Notes under the pieces: model-generated | Seen by the model: the letters and a program-made list of their open reading frames with translations, nothing else | What the model was told of the DNA's origin: nothing | Database searches by the model: none | Shown: piece after piece, positions 9,018 to 17,849 of the stretch | How positions within the stretch are numbered: position 1 is the first letter of the stretch | How the letters are laid out: each line of letters begins with the position of its first letter | Source: a virus | Taxonomy: Duplodnaviria > Caudoviricetes | IMG/VR virus record: IMGVR_UViG_3300046055_000010 | Span: 1-48,184 of that record | DNA length: 48,184 nt | Direction: 5' to 3' (one strand) | Program-made: the position numbers and the translations under genes

Positions 9018-9524
9018 CTACTCGTCGTTCTTGAGCGCTCGAAGCGCTCCTTGCAGCGCGTTCCGGTCGTCGCACTCGTCCGCCAGCCGGCGGACTTCCT
9101 GCCGGAGTTCCGTGTTGTCGTCGTTCTCTCGCTCCGTCATTTCCTCGATAACGTCCGATTCGTCCATCCGCGAAACCGCGAACTCGCCGTTGACTTCTTC
9201 GACGCGCCAGTAGGCGTGCTTGCGGTTGTTGTGCGACGCTCCGGACACCTTGACGATGTTCCCACGGTGGAGCCCGGAAACGTCGAATTTGACCCCGCCG
9301 TCGATGATCTTCTTGTCGAGCCATTCCCCATCAACGTTGTACTTCTCGTGCGTCCCCGTGATTTCCTGAGCCCACGGCTTGCAGGCTTTCTTGTTCGGAT
9401 GACGGCTAATGGCCTTCCATGACAGCCATTTGTCCGCAACGAGGTCGAAGGTCTTGTCGGGGTCGATTTCTTCGGTCTGTGCGTCGTCGGCCGCGTCGTC
9501 GGCTTGGGTAGGCGTTCGTGCCAT
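9018..9524 (-). CDS. MARTPT-leader cassette gene 3, hypothetical
   Basis: Leader MARTPTQADD; acidic; conserved promoter layout upstream. Confidence 0.8.
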   Translation of the reverse strand: MARTPTQADDAADDAQTEEIDPDKTFDLVADKWLSWKAISRHPNKKACKPWAQEITGTHEKYNVDGEWLDKKIIDGGVKFDVSGLHRGNIVKVSGASHNNRKHAYWRVEEVNGEFAVSRMDESDVIEEMTERENDDNTELRQEVRRLADECDDRNALQGALRALKNDE

Positions 9525-9548
9525 ACCTAACGCAACACGCCCCGACAT

Positions 9549-9573
9549 CATAAGTGTAACGGTTTCGTTACAC
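9549..9573 (-). promoter_or_regulatory. Cassette promoter palindrome GTGTAACGGTTTCGTTACAC plus CTTATG
   Basis: Same arms and spacing as 6046-6065, one spacer change. Confidence 0.8.
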
Positions 9574-9628
9574 GGCTGTATTCAGTCGGTCGAACCATTT
9601 ACTTCTCGGCGCTGCATTAGACCGACGT

Positions 9629-10051
9629 ATGAGTTTAGACGAATCGAATCCCGACGCGCTGTTAGAGACAGTCCGCATCAAACGGGGAGAATACGAGCAA
9701 GCCCGCGATGAAGCCGAGCGCAAGCACGCGGAACTGTTCGCGGCGCTCGATAAATACCTCAGTTCGATCGCTGCCGACGGCTCGGGAGATAACGACGGCT
9801 CCGGACGGACGCTTGCGGAGCGATTAGACCGGGTTCACGACCGTCTTACCGTCAAGACGCGCGTTCTCCGCGGCCGGAATACGGTTCGATGGGAGCAGTC
9901 GCCGCGTTCGACCGAGTACCGTGTGATTCAGGACGCGGCCGACAGGTTAGGAGTTGAACCGGAGCGCTTGGTTGAAGAACTGAACAGCAGGGACGAGAAA
10001 GCAGGATACGAACAGCCGAATAGCGACAGTAGCGACGGGTCAGACGGGTAG
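9629..10051 (+). CDS. Hypothetical protein
   Basis: Acidic 140-aa ORF divergent from cassette 3. Confidence 0.6.
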   Translation: MSLDESNPDALLETVRIKRGEYEQARDEAERKHAELFAALDKYLSSIAADGSGDNDGSGRTLAERLDRVHDRLTVKTRVLRGRNTVRWEQSPRSTEYRVIQDAADRLGVEPERLVEELNSRDEKAGYEQPNSDSSDGSDG

Positions 10052-10056
10052 CGGCG

Positions 10057-10269
10057 TCACACCAGCGTCGTACTGATTCTGTGGCCGCCGTCATCGTCGT
10101 TTTCGTCGTAGAACAGCTTAACCTCGTATTCGCGGCCGGCTTCGGACTTCATGACGAACTTTATCTCCCCCGTTTTCCGGAGTTCTTCTATATCAGCGTC
10201 GCCTACCTTAGCGCCAAGCGCAACTTTCCTTGAATGGTGGTCGCGTGGTTCGTCCGGAACGTCGCTCAC
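10057..10269 (-). CDS. Hypothetical protein
   Basis: Start overlaps the TerS stop; acidic. Confidence 0.6.
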   Translation of the reverse strand: MSDVPDEPRDHHSRKVALGAKVGDADIEELRKTGEIKFVMKSEAGREYEVKLFYDENDDDGGHRISTTLV

Positions 10270-11219
10270 TGGTCGGCCCCATCGTCGTCGGGAACCCGAC
10301 CCGTTAGCGGCTGGTTCTCGCTTGGCGGGTTGTTTTTCTCGCTCGATTCGCGCTGTTCGCGTTCTTCGGTCGTCTGTTTCGCGTCATTCGCATCGTTCGC
10401 GTCGCCCGCTCCGGAGTTATCGATCGTTTGCGATTCGACGGGGATGGGAGCGTTCTCGTCGTCGCTTTCGGCTTGTCTTTCCTGCTGAGCTTGCTGGTTG
10501 CGCTTGCGACGCGCTTCTCGGGACCGATCGGGGTGCGCGCGGCGGCCTTCATCGTCCACGACTTCGTAGCCCTCGTTCTCGTCGTCGGCTTCGCGTACCG
10601 TTTGATCGACTTCGTGTCTCTCGGTTTTGATGAAGTCGCGCGACCGCTCCAACATGAACGTCGCGGCTTGGGTATCTACGTCGTCGTCGTGGAGCGCACC
10701 TTTTACCAGCCGTTCGGTCCCGACGCCCCACGCGCGCTTGAAGCGGTTGAAAAAAGACTTGAACCTGAGTTCTTTGTCGGATAGTTCTGAATCAGGTACG
10801 TCATGAACCGCCTTTCCTCGGTCGATAGCGTCCATGAGTGTGTAGCGAGTGGTTGACAAAAGGGCCGATATGTCGCGGAGTCGAAGACCGTCTTTCGCTC
10901 CTTCGATTGCTGTTTTCTCGTTTTTGTCGTTCGTTACGAGTTTTAGCGGTGCTCCATTGTCCCGGTCGGGGCGTTCATCGGCTGGTTTGAGTTCTCCGAG
11001 AGTATGGTCGTGGAAACGGCAGGTATCCATGTAGTTGGAACACGGTTTCCCCGTTCCGTTCGTTTCGACCAAGCAAAGACGGCGAACATCGCCACGGCTA
11101 TCCTCCCGCGCTACAGGTCCGTCGTAATCGGAGGGAACGTAATCAGGAACATCGAACTCGCCCCGGTAGCCGTTCGACGTAGGCTGTTCGTCCGGTCCGT
11201 CCGTGTTTGCAGTCGCCAT
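10266..11219 (-). CDS. terS: Probable terminase small subunit
   Basis: HTH-like GLRLRDISALLSTTRYTL, then FFNRFKRA...AATFMLER pattern; upstream of TerL. Confidence 0.7.
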   Translation of the reverse strand: MATANTDGPDEQPTSNGYRGEFDVPDYVPSDYDGPVAREDSRGDVRRLCLVETNGTGKPCSNYMDTCRFHDHTLGELKPADERPDRDNGAPLKLVTNDKNEKTAIEGAKDGLRLRDISALLSTTRYTLMDAIDRGKAVHDVPDSELSDKELRFKSFFNRFKRAWGVGTERLVKGALHDDDVDTQAATFMLERSRDFIKTERHEVDQTVREADDENEGYEVVDDEGRRAHPDRSREARRKRNQQAQQERQAESDDENAPIPVESQTIDNSGAGDANDANDAKQTTEEREQRESSEKNNPPSENQPLTGRVPDDDGADQ

Positions 11220-11320
11220 ACGAGTAAGACGGACCGCGTGCTGATAGGGGTAACGGGAAGCTGAATCGAAGACGGAAGCAGCTTATCGGAGCGTTTGAAG
11301 AATCGGGCCGAACACGGACT

Positions 11321-11590
11321 ATCGCGGAGAAAAGCCGCGATTCAACCGCTTCGTCGCCCACGAAACGACGCGACCCGATTACGATGGGGGAGCAGTAGCG
11401 AACGGCGACCAGAAAGCACCGTTTGCAGCTATTGGGTCGGACGGCGTTAGCATAAGAGTATCGGCGTCCCGACGAACGATGGACGGCAGACGGCGTGCTG
11501 GTCGCTCATGAATGGATTATAGCGGAACGGACCCCCCGAAGGGAGTCCGTCGAACACGCTACCTAAGCCGTCCCATCTAAGGGACGGTTG
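11321..11590 (-). ncRNA. Candidate structured non-coding RNA upstream of terS
   Basis: Several hairpins including a C-UUCG-G loop on the minus strand; no credible long ORF. Confidence 0.35.
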
Positions 11591-11728
11591 TACCTATCGA
11601 GCGTAGATATATGAATCCCGCGGACTACGCTACACGGATACGCGCCGCTCAGGATTGTTGTTTCTCAGAAACGGGGTTTTTGTCTCATGCCCCGGTCCTT
11701 CCCAGTTCGTCTTACAGCGCGTGGAGGA

Positions 11729-12163
11729 TTAAGCCTTTCCGCGCATATAGGAGGGAACCACCGACCGGGGAACGTCTGTTCGGACGCGCTCGTAAACATC
11801 AAAGTGTTCGTCCACGGTTAGCGTCCGATCGTAGTGCGCAACCCAGTCAGATACCTCCATTTTCTCGGCTATCGCTTTGCAGCTTCTCGCATGGAAGACG
11901 TTCGCGCCGCCAGCGTCGGTTTCAGGTAGCCTGATATGGTAGCGCTCGGCGCTCGTTAGTGGAGCTTGGCCGAAGCGTCGGCTGGGAGTCGATCGGTATT
12001 CGCGCCATTCGAGCAAGCCGAGAACATCCGGCGGGACCGTCGTTTTGACCTCGATTTTGGTTCGGCGTCGGTCGTCGGATTCAGCCAGCCACGGACCCGC
12101 GACTTTTCGCGCTTCGTTCGCGCTATCCAGCCGGTCGAACTCTAAGGAGTGGGTGCGTGACAT
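11729..12163 (-). CDS. Hypothetical protein
   Basis: 144 aa, last gene of a tightly packed minus-strand run. Confidence 0.7.
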   Translation of the reverse strand: MSRTHSLEFDRLDSANEARKVAGPWLAESDDRRRTKIEVKTTVPPDVLGLLEWREYRSTPSRRFGQAPLTSAERYHIRLPETDAGGANVFHARSCKAIAEKMEVSDWVAHYDRTLTVDEHFDVYERVRTDVPRSVVPSYMRGKA

Positions 12164-12169
12164 GGCACT

Positions 12170-12514
12170 TTACTCGTCCGCTTCGGCTTCGTTCGTTTCG
12201 TCCGTGTCGTCTTCGAGCCGACGTTGCACCGAATCTACCGGTTCGTCGTCTGTTCCGACGACCGAGCGTTTCACGTCCTCCATGATTCGTTTCGAGTTGT
12301 TCCCGTCGGCGTATTCGACTATGATGGGACTAACGGTAAAGCCCGCGGGAGCCACCTCTTGAGCGCTTTCTATGGCGCGTTCATGGGCTTCCTCGGGAGA
12401 TTCCGCGGTCACTTCTACGTCTACGTTCCGTCGGATTTGCGTTGTCACGATAAACTCGTCTTCGTCGTTCTCGTCGGCTTCGCTTGGGCTGTCGTCGGTG
12501 TCGTTCTCGGTCAT
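12170..12514 (-). CDS. Hypothetical acidic protein
   Basis: Acidic; coupled to the upstream gene. Confidence 0.7.
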   Translation of the reverse strand: MTENDTDDSPSEADENDEDEFIVTTQIRRNVDVEVTAESPEEAHERAIESAQEVAPAGFTVSPIIVEYADGNNSKRIMEDVKRSVVGTDDEPVDSVQRRLEDDTDETNEAEADE

Positions 12515-12750
12515 CAAACCACCGTGGCTATCAGTTCAAATGCGACGACCGCCGCGCCGAACAGCGTCGTTGCAATAGCAGCAGTCGAAACGCGCCAGCG
12601 GTGACTCCGTTGTATCGTAAGCCCCGGACCGGGTTGATCGATGTAGTATTCCTCATACGACAGGATCAACCAGAACAGACCGACGAAGAACGCGATTGCA
12701 CCGAGCGCTGCCGGCGGCGTGCTGTAGCCGAAGGCGCTGATTTCAGTCAT
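12514..12750 (-). CDS. Small membrane protein (2 predicted TM)
   Basis: Two hydrophobic stretches; overlapping start/stop. Confidence 0.65.
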   Translation of the reverse strand: MTEISAFGYSTPPAALGAIAFFVGLFWLILSYEEYYIDQPGPGLTIQRSHRWRVSTAAIATTLFGAAVVAFELIATVV

Positions 12751-13172
12751 TCAAACCCGTCCATCCCGCTTTGGCCGTCGTCGGTGAGTTCGCTCGTTCG
12801 GTCGGCCTTCAAGACCGCTTTGATGTGCTTGCAAGCGCCCACGTCGTTGTTCAGCCCGAACATCGGAGCGCTTTCGATTTCTTCCGGCTTGGGAAGCTGG
12901 TTGTACTGAAATCCCTTGCAGGAACAGCCGCGAATCGGGAATACGTCGTTTGGGTTCTCGTAATCAGTCGTATCGATACCGAGTTTTTGAACCAGATACG
13001 ACCGCTTGCGCTCACCGGGCGTTTCGTTGTTCACGACGTGCGTTTCGATTCGTTCATACTCTATATCCGCCGTATCGATCGAATCCAGCAGTTCCGAAAG
13101 CGGGAACTCGGGAATGACCGGTTCGCCGGTCGCGGCGGTGTTCAACGGGAAGGCGGTCAGAACGTCGTTCAT
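12747..13172 (-). CDS. SWIM zinc-finger protein
   Basis: CSCKGF...CKHI (CxC...CxH) signature. Confidence 0.75.
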   Translation of the reverse strand: MNDVLTAFPLNTAATGEPVIPEFPLSELLDSIDTADIEYERIETHVVNNETPGERKRSYLVQKLGIDTTDYENPNDVFPIRGCSCKGFQYNQLPKPEEIESAPMFGLNNDVGACKHIKAVLKADRTSELTDDGQSGMDGFE

Positions 13173-13360
13173 AGATCCAAATCCCCCGTTATTTCATTCA
13201 TCGCGTCGGCCATTTTCGAGAAGGCATATTCTACCCTCGCTTGGTGGTAATCGCATAGCGATACCGTTTCGTCTTCCGGGACCTCCGCAATCGGCTGTTC
13301 TAACGAGCAAACGTTGCATTGGATCATGGGGTTAGCGTCGTCGTTGATCTTGTCGCTCAT
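13169..13360 (-). CDS. Small Cys/His protein
   Basis: CNVC...CDYH; ATGA overlaps. Confidence 0.65.
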   Translation of the reverse strand: MSDKINDDANPMIQCNVCSLEQPIAEVPEDETVSLCDYHQARVEYAFSKMADAMNEITGDLDL

Positions 13361-13983
13361 GACTGGGTTCCCTCTGTTTCGCTGTTCGTTTCGTTCTCGC
13401 TACCGTCGTTTTCGTAAGGGTCCTTATCGCCTCGAAGGAGCAGTACCCGGCCGTCGGTTGCGTATTGGCTAACTTCGTCGCCGAGCGATAGCCCGCTCGC
13501 TCGCAGCAGGTCTTTATCCAGCGTCATAACCGGGCTATTGCCGGACAGGTAGACGCTTCGGACGTTGATTCGCTCAAACGGAGCTAACTTCGGGACCGGT
13601 TGCAGCTTGGGTGAGCCCTTGAGTTGGGTCGAATTTGGGTCGGATTCGGGTTCCGCCGGTTCGTCGGGCTGGTCGTCTTCGGGACTGCTATCAGTATCGT
13701 TCGCGTGGGCGTCCGCGGGAACACGAGCCGTCACGGACAGGACGGAACCGAAGGCGTTCGCGTCGGCTATCTTCCCGTCGTATTCCTCAAGAGCGTCCCA
13801 TACCGCCGCGGGGATGCTGGGAGCATCCAAATCGATCATGACGCGCCCCGCTTGGGGATTATCGCGGTCGCCGAGTATCTTCGCTTCGTCGGTCGCTGAA
13901 ACGCTTTCGAGCCCTTCGATTCGCTCCACGAACCCGAAGAATTGGTTCACGAACTCGGGTATCTCATTTTGCTGTTCAGGCAT
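13357..13983 (-). CDS. Protein with C-terminal AbrB/MazE-like DNA-binding domain
   Basis: RSVYLSGNSPVMTLDKDLLRASGLSLGDEV...DGRVLL matches the swapped-hairpin pattern; operator at 13992-14008. Confidence 0.6.
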   Translation of the reverse strand: MPEQQNEIPEFVNQFFGFVERIEGLESVSATDEAKILGDRDNPQAGRVMIDLDAPSIPAAVWDALEEYDGKIADANAFGSVLSVTARVPADAHANDTDSSPEDDQPDEPAEPESDPNSTQLKGSPKLQPVPKLAPFERINVRSVYLSGNSPVMTLDKDLLRASGLSLGDEVSQYATDGRVLLLRGDKDPYENDGSENETNSETEGTQS

Positions 13984-14081
13984 ACTCGTGTGGTCCGTAT
14001 GACGGACCGATTGGGGATATAACTACCGGGAGGAAGGGGTTAGCCGGTGGTTATACAACCCATCGGTCCGTATGACACACC

Positions 14082-14411
14082 ATGGGAAACGCCCAAGCAG
14101 AACCAGAACGTGTTGACCGTGTTGAAATGGATATAGTCGTATCTGAGATAGTCGAGGAGAATTTTGACAGACATAATCTATGCGTTTGCCACGTCGAAAC
14201 TAACGAACTTGTCAATCGCATCATGGAACGTTACGATTACGACAGGAAAGAGGTAAAAGAAAGTGTGATTGAGCGGGTGAAGAATAGGAGTCACGGACCG
14301 AGGAATGTCTTCGTCAGCCGCGGAGGGAGCGGAAAAGTAGAGTTGATGGATTGGAGTCAGGAGCAGTCAACCGAGGAGCACCTATTCCCCGACGAGCAGG
14401 GTTGCCCGTAG
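14082..14411 (+). CDS. Hypothetical protein, lower GC
   Basis: TTATAC at 14051-14056 and operator 14065-14081 directly before ATG. Confidence 0.7.
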   Translation: MGNAQAEPERVDRVEMDIVVSEIVEENFDRHNLCVCHVETNELVNRIMERYDYDRKEVKESVIERVKNRSHGPRNVFVSRGGSGKVELMDWSQEQSTEEHLFPDEQGCP

Positions 14412-14508
14412 AACGGTTCATCTCCACCCGAAACGATGGGATGGGAACAGCCATTCCCGACAAGTAAGATTGCCGCGAGAGCGGTTCTAACGGCTGCTCA
14501 GATTTTGG

Positions 14509-14741
14509 CCGTTACAACTGATAATAACGGGTGGAGCGGCACTACCACACTAAACTGACCATCGCACAGTAAGCACAGGCAGTCTACCCACCGCTAACGA
14601 ACCCTTTATTTAGTAAGGTAAGTGTGTGCGGTCTTGCGGGTTCGTGTCTATCCGTGGACTGCCTAACAGTAAAAACCCTTCGTTGAACGGCCCCTCCCCT
14701 CATGGCCGTTATTATCAGTTGTAACGGGGTGGGGGGCCGTT
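14509..14741. repeat. 22-bp perfect inverted repeats around an AT-richer spacer; candidate replication origin
   Basis: CCGTTACAACTGATAATAACGG (14509-14530) is the reverse complement of 14706-14727; spacer contains CTTTATTTAGTAAG. Confidence 0.6.
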
Positions 14742-14761
14742 TACATCCGCTACTTCATCCG

Positions 14762-15292
14762 CTACTCTTTCAGGTACTCGTCGCGGAAAGCCGCCACCTC
14801 GTTCCGTGCGGCTTGTTCCATCCCTTCTTTTGACACTCGCAGGCATCTATCGCCGTTCTTGTTTGTCCCCACCGTCACCGATTCGTGTTTCTCCGCGACG
14901 GAGTTGAACGCTCGGTAGACCGTCGTAGGGTTGATCTCAGTATCGAAAATGGCCTCCGTCGTGTCGGTCGCTTTACGATATTTGACCGACCCTCCAAAGG
15001 AACCGGACGATGCTACCGAGTTCGCCAGCCGGTCTAACGCGACGAGTTCGACCATCCTCTTTTTCGTAAGGCGTTCTTCCGGCGTGTTCGTTTGGCCTTC
15101 GTTCAACAATTCGATCTCATAGGTGTGTTGTTCGACCTTCTTGTTCGCCCACTTTCGGGACTTCTCAAACTTCGCCATTTCCTTAGCAAGGTACTGCTTG
15201 GGGTTGTTGGTTGATCGAAGGTCTTCCAAATAATCCTCGTAAATTTCTTGGAAGCTCTTTTCTTCTTCTACTTCGGGTAGTGTCTCTCTCAT
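14762..15292 (-). CDS. Putative winged-helix DNA-binding protein
   Basis: Coiled-coil-like N-terminus, then helix-turn-helix-like AIFDTEINPTTVYRAF; next to the inverted repeats. Confidence 0.55.
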   Translation of the reverse strand: MRETLPEVEEEKSFQEIYEDYLEDLRSTNNPKQYLAKEMAKFEKSRKWANKKVEQHTYEIELLNEGQTNTPEERLTKKRMVELVALDRLANSVASSGSFGGSVKYRKATDTTEAIFDTEINPTTVYRAFNSVAEKHESVTVGTNKNGDRCLRVSKEGMEQAARNEVAAFRDEYLKE

Positions 15293-15309
15293 GGTTCCGA
15301 TGTGCTTAT

Positions 15310-15424
15310 GCCACCGAAACCCGAACGAAGGAACAGCGTCCGACGAGACGCTGAGTTACCTTCGGACCGGGAACGGGCTTAGGGTTCCGCTGTAACGCCG
15401 TTCCTTCGTCCGGTTTTCGATAGC
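15310..15424 (-). ncRNA. Structured 5' leader or small RNA upstream of 14762-15292
   Basis: About 29-bp closing stem with several G-U pairs valid only on the minus strand; internal hairpins. Confidence 0.5.
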
Positions 15425-15464
15425 TAACTCATAGCGACGCGTACCGTTCTCAAAAGAGTTCCGG

Positions 15465-15767
15465 CTACTGGTCGTCTTCGTTCGTGTCGTCGCTGCTGTC
15501 GTCATCGTCCCGCGGCATGGCGTCGGGATAGTTCCCCAACCCGACGATTCGCGGGTTATCCTCGTTCCCGGTCGCCCGAATCATGCGGGCGTGCTCCCTG
15601 CTTCGCACCTCAATCGGTCCGGGACTCATGAGCGCCGCGTGGTCGGCTTCGGACAGGTCGGCGCTCCCCGCTCCGTCGTTCGCGTCCGAATCGTTCTCAT
15701 TCGTTTCGCTTGAATCCTGTCCGGTAACGCTGGTCTGAGTCTTCGGCGTCGGTCTTCGGTTTGACAT
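15465..15767 (-). CDS. Hypothetical acidic protein (MSNRRPTPK...)
   Basis: GGAGG Shine-Dalgarno-like sequence before ATG at 15767. Confidence 0.65.
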   Translation of the reverse strand: MSNRRPTPKTQTSVTGQDSSETNENDSDANDGAGSADLSEADHAALMSPGPIEVRSREHARMIRATGNEDNPRIVGLGNYPDAMPRDDDDSSDDTNEDDQ

Positions 15768-15808
15768 GGTTTCTGGTTCCTCCTTTGTCGTCTGTCGTCG
15801 TCTGTATC

Positions 15809-15963
15809 GCCGCCGTCGGTAGGCTTTTGCCACCGGGAGCCCACCTATCGATCGGGTTCGGAAACGAACCCTGTCCTTGCGCGTCGTGTGCTTGTCGGCG
15901 GGGAACCATTCGCGTTCCCCGTTCCGTTGTGTTTCACGGTGGCTGGTTCATACGAACAGCGGC
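15809..15963 (-). ncRNA. Candidate multi-branch structured RNA or long leader
   Basis: Nested stems 15955-15963/15809-15817 and 15937-15943/15829-15835 enclosing two 7-bp hairpins. Confidence 0.4.
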
Positions 15964-16082
15964 CCGCATCTTAGTCCTATCGGTGCGTATGACGGACCAA
16001 AAACCACCGCTCAGCCACCAAAGAACCCCGCCGCGTATCCTGATTTGCACCGTTTCGCGCGAACAATGCAAAACTATAAGTT

Positions 16083-16143
16083 CCGGCGCGTCATACGGAC
16101 CGATAAGCAGCAAACGAACGCTGCTGCCTAAGCCATGAACGAA
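16083..16143 (+). repeat. About 55-60 bp promoter/leader repeat, copy 1
   Basis: CCGGCGCGTCATACGGAC(C)GATAAGCAGCAAACGAACGCTGCT-CCTAAGCC..ATGAACGAA, also at 17850-17913. Confidence 0.85.
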
Positions 16144-17619
16144 ACCGAAGTCCGAGCCGCGATAGCCGACGACCGGAGAACAGCCAAGCAGATAGCCGAG
16201 TTCGTAGACCTTGACCACCGCCACGTCGGTCGGGCGCTCAAGGAAATGGCCGAAGACCCGAACAACTCCGTCGCGCGTGAGCGTTCCGGCGGCTCATACG
16301 AGTATTCCGTCGGTCCGAAAGAAACCCATCCCGAAGTCGAAGCCAACACGAGCGCCGAGAACGACGCTCAGGCCGACCCGTCGGAAGATGGGTCCGTGGA
16401 CGTTGAAAAACTCGCCGACGCGCTTGGCGGCGCGCTCGGCGACGGCGGAGCGCTCGATAACGGCGGCCACGCGCCCGCGTCGAACCAGCCGGGCGACGAG
16501 AAGGCCATGCCCGCCGTGTGGAACGACGAGTACGAGCGATTCGTTCCCGACGACGTTCACGATTACGTCCCGAGCGGCGGTGAGCTACGTGAACTAAACG
16601 CGGAGATAGACCTTCGTGAGCGGACGGGAAAGCCTGTCCGCGCGCTCGTTTCCGGCGATACCGGGACGGGGAAGACGCACCTCGCCCGGCATATCGCCGC
16701 GCGCAATGATTGGGCGCTAATCACGGTTCAGGGGAGTCCGGACCTCCACGCGGCTGATATTGTCGGGACGCCCGTTTTCTCGGGGTCTAACTCGTTCTAC
16801 CAGCCCGGCCCCGTTACGCAAGCGCTTCGATTCAGCCAAGAGGATACGGTAGTCCTGCTGATAGACGAAGTGAATCGCGCGCCAGCCCAAACGAAGGCAG
16901 CGCTGTTCTCGGCGTTAGACGACCGTGGTAGCGTTACCATTCCTGCAATCGGGAACGAAACCGTCCACGGCGACCCGACGAACATTATCGTCGTCGCAAC
17001 GATGAACGAGGGTCCCGGCTACGCGACCCAAGAGTTAGACCTTGCAGAACGGCGACGCTACGGCGCGAAGTTCTATTTGGACTACCTTGGCGACCGCGAT
17101 AACGGTCATCCGGAGCGCGAAGCGGCGCTTGTCGCCGACCGGACGGGCGCGAACTATGAGCTTGCTCAGGACATGGTTGATGCGGCGAACGACGTGCGGG
17201 AACGCGCGAAGGACCCGCAAGATTCGGATATTCGCAAATCCGTTTCGACTGGCACGGTCTTGGATTGGGCAAACGCCAGCGAAGCCTACGCGGAAGCTGA
17301 AATAGAGAACCCGATCGTTCGCGCGGGAAAGAACTACGTAATCAGCCCGTGGCACGGCGAAGACGGTTCCGCGGCCGATGAAGTCCTGCAAATCATTCGG
17401 ACGCGCTTCGACGGAACTCCGTTTGACGGGGAAGCCTACATAGAAGACACGAGCGACCGCGCAAGCGAGAAAACGACGGTGCTCAGGTGTGACGATTGCG
17501 GATGGAGTGAGATAGAGGCAGACGCCCCGACCGAAGCGTCCGGGTTGCGCGAATGTCCCGACTGCAAGGGCTACGTCGAAGCGCGCGACGAAGTTCATTC
17601 GGACGGGACGGCTACGTAG
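16135..17619 (+). CDS. MoxR/CbbQ/NirQ-like AAA+ ATPase with N-terminal HTH and C-terminal zinc ribbon
   Basis: Walker A GDTGTGKT, Walker B LLIDE, sensor ATMN; TAKQIAEFVDLDHRHVGRALK; CDDC...CPDC. Confidence 0.9.
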   Translation: MNETEVRAAIADDRRTAKQIAEFVDLDHRHVGRALKEMAEDPNNSVARERSGGSYEYSVGPKETHPEVEANTSAENDAQADPSEDGSVDVEKLADALGGALGDGGALDNGGHAPASNQPGDEKAMPAVWNDEYERFVPDDVHDYVPSGGELRELNAEIDLRERTGKPVRALVSGDTGTGKTHLARHIAARNDWALITVQGSPDLHAADIVGTPVFSGSNSFYQPGPVTQALRFSQEDTVVLLIDEVNRAPAQTKAALFSALDDRGSVTIPAIGNETVHGDPTNIIVVATMNEGPGYATQELDLAERRRYGAKFYLDYLGDRDNGHPEREAALVADRTGANYELAQDMVDAANDVRERAKDPQDSDIRKSVSTGTVLDWANASEAYAEAEIENPIVRAGKNYVISPWHGEDGSAADEVLQIIRTRFDGTPFDGEAYIEDTSDRASEKTTVLRCDDCGWSEIEADAPTEASGLRECPDCKGYVEARDEVHSDGTAT

Positions 17620-17849
17620 GCGTCGATAAACCGGCATACGCTTTATTCAACGTTTCTCCCGCCCGCTTCCTACTGCTGAGAGATAGCTGTCGCCGTCTAC
17701 CATCGTCGGGACTGTCGAGTCACACATCCGACAGCCCCACAGTTGATAGCGTCCGGTTCTTCGTCCACAGGAAACGATGGGGTTCGGATTCGCGCCTGCT
17801 TTCGCACCATTCGCATTGTTCGCGCGAAGCGACGCGAAACGCTTATGGT

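Noticed and set aside
11300-11630. Group I intron (GGACTA/TAGTCC motifs)
   Set aside because: Both motifs are on the same strand so P7 cannot form, and no interrupted gene is evident.
17620-17840. Possible small ORF between the AAA and vWA genes
   Set aside because: No frame gives a convincing start, acidic composition or complete Cys motif.
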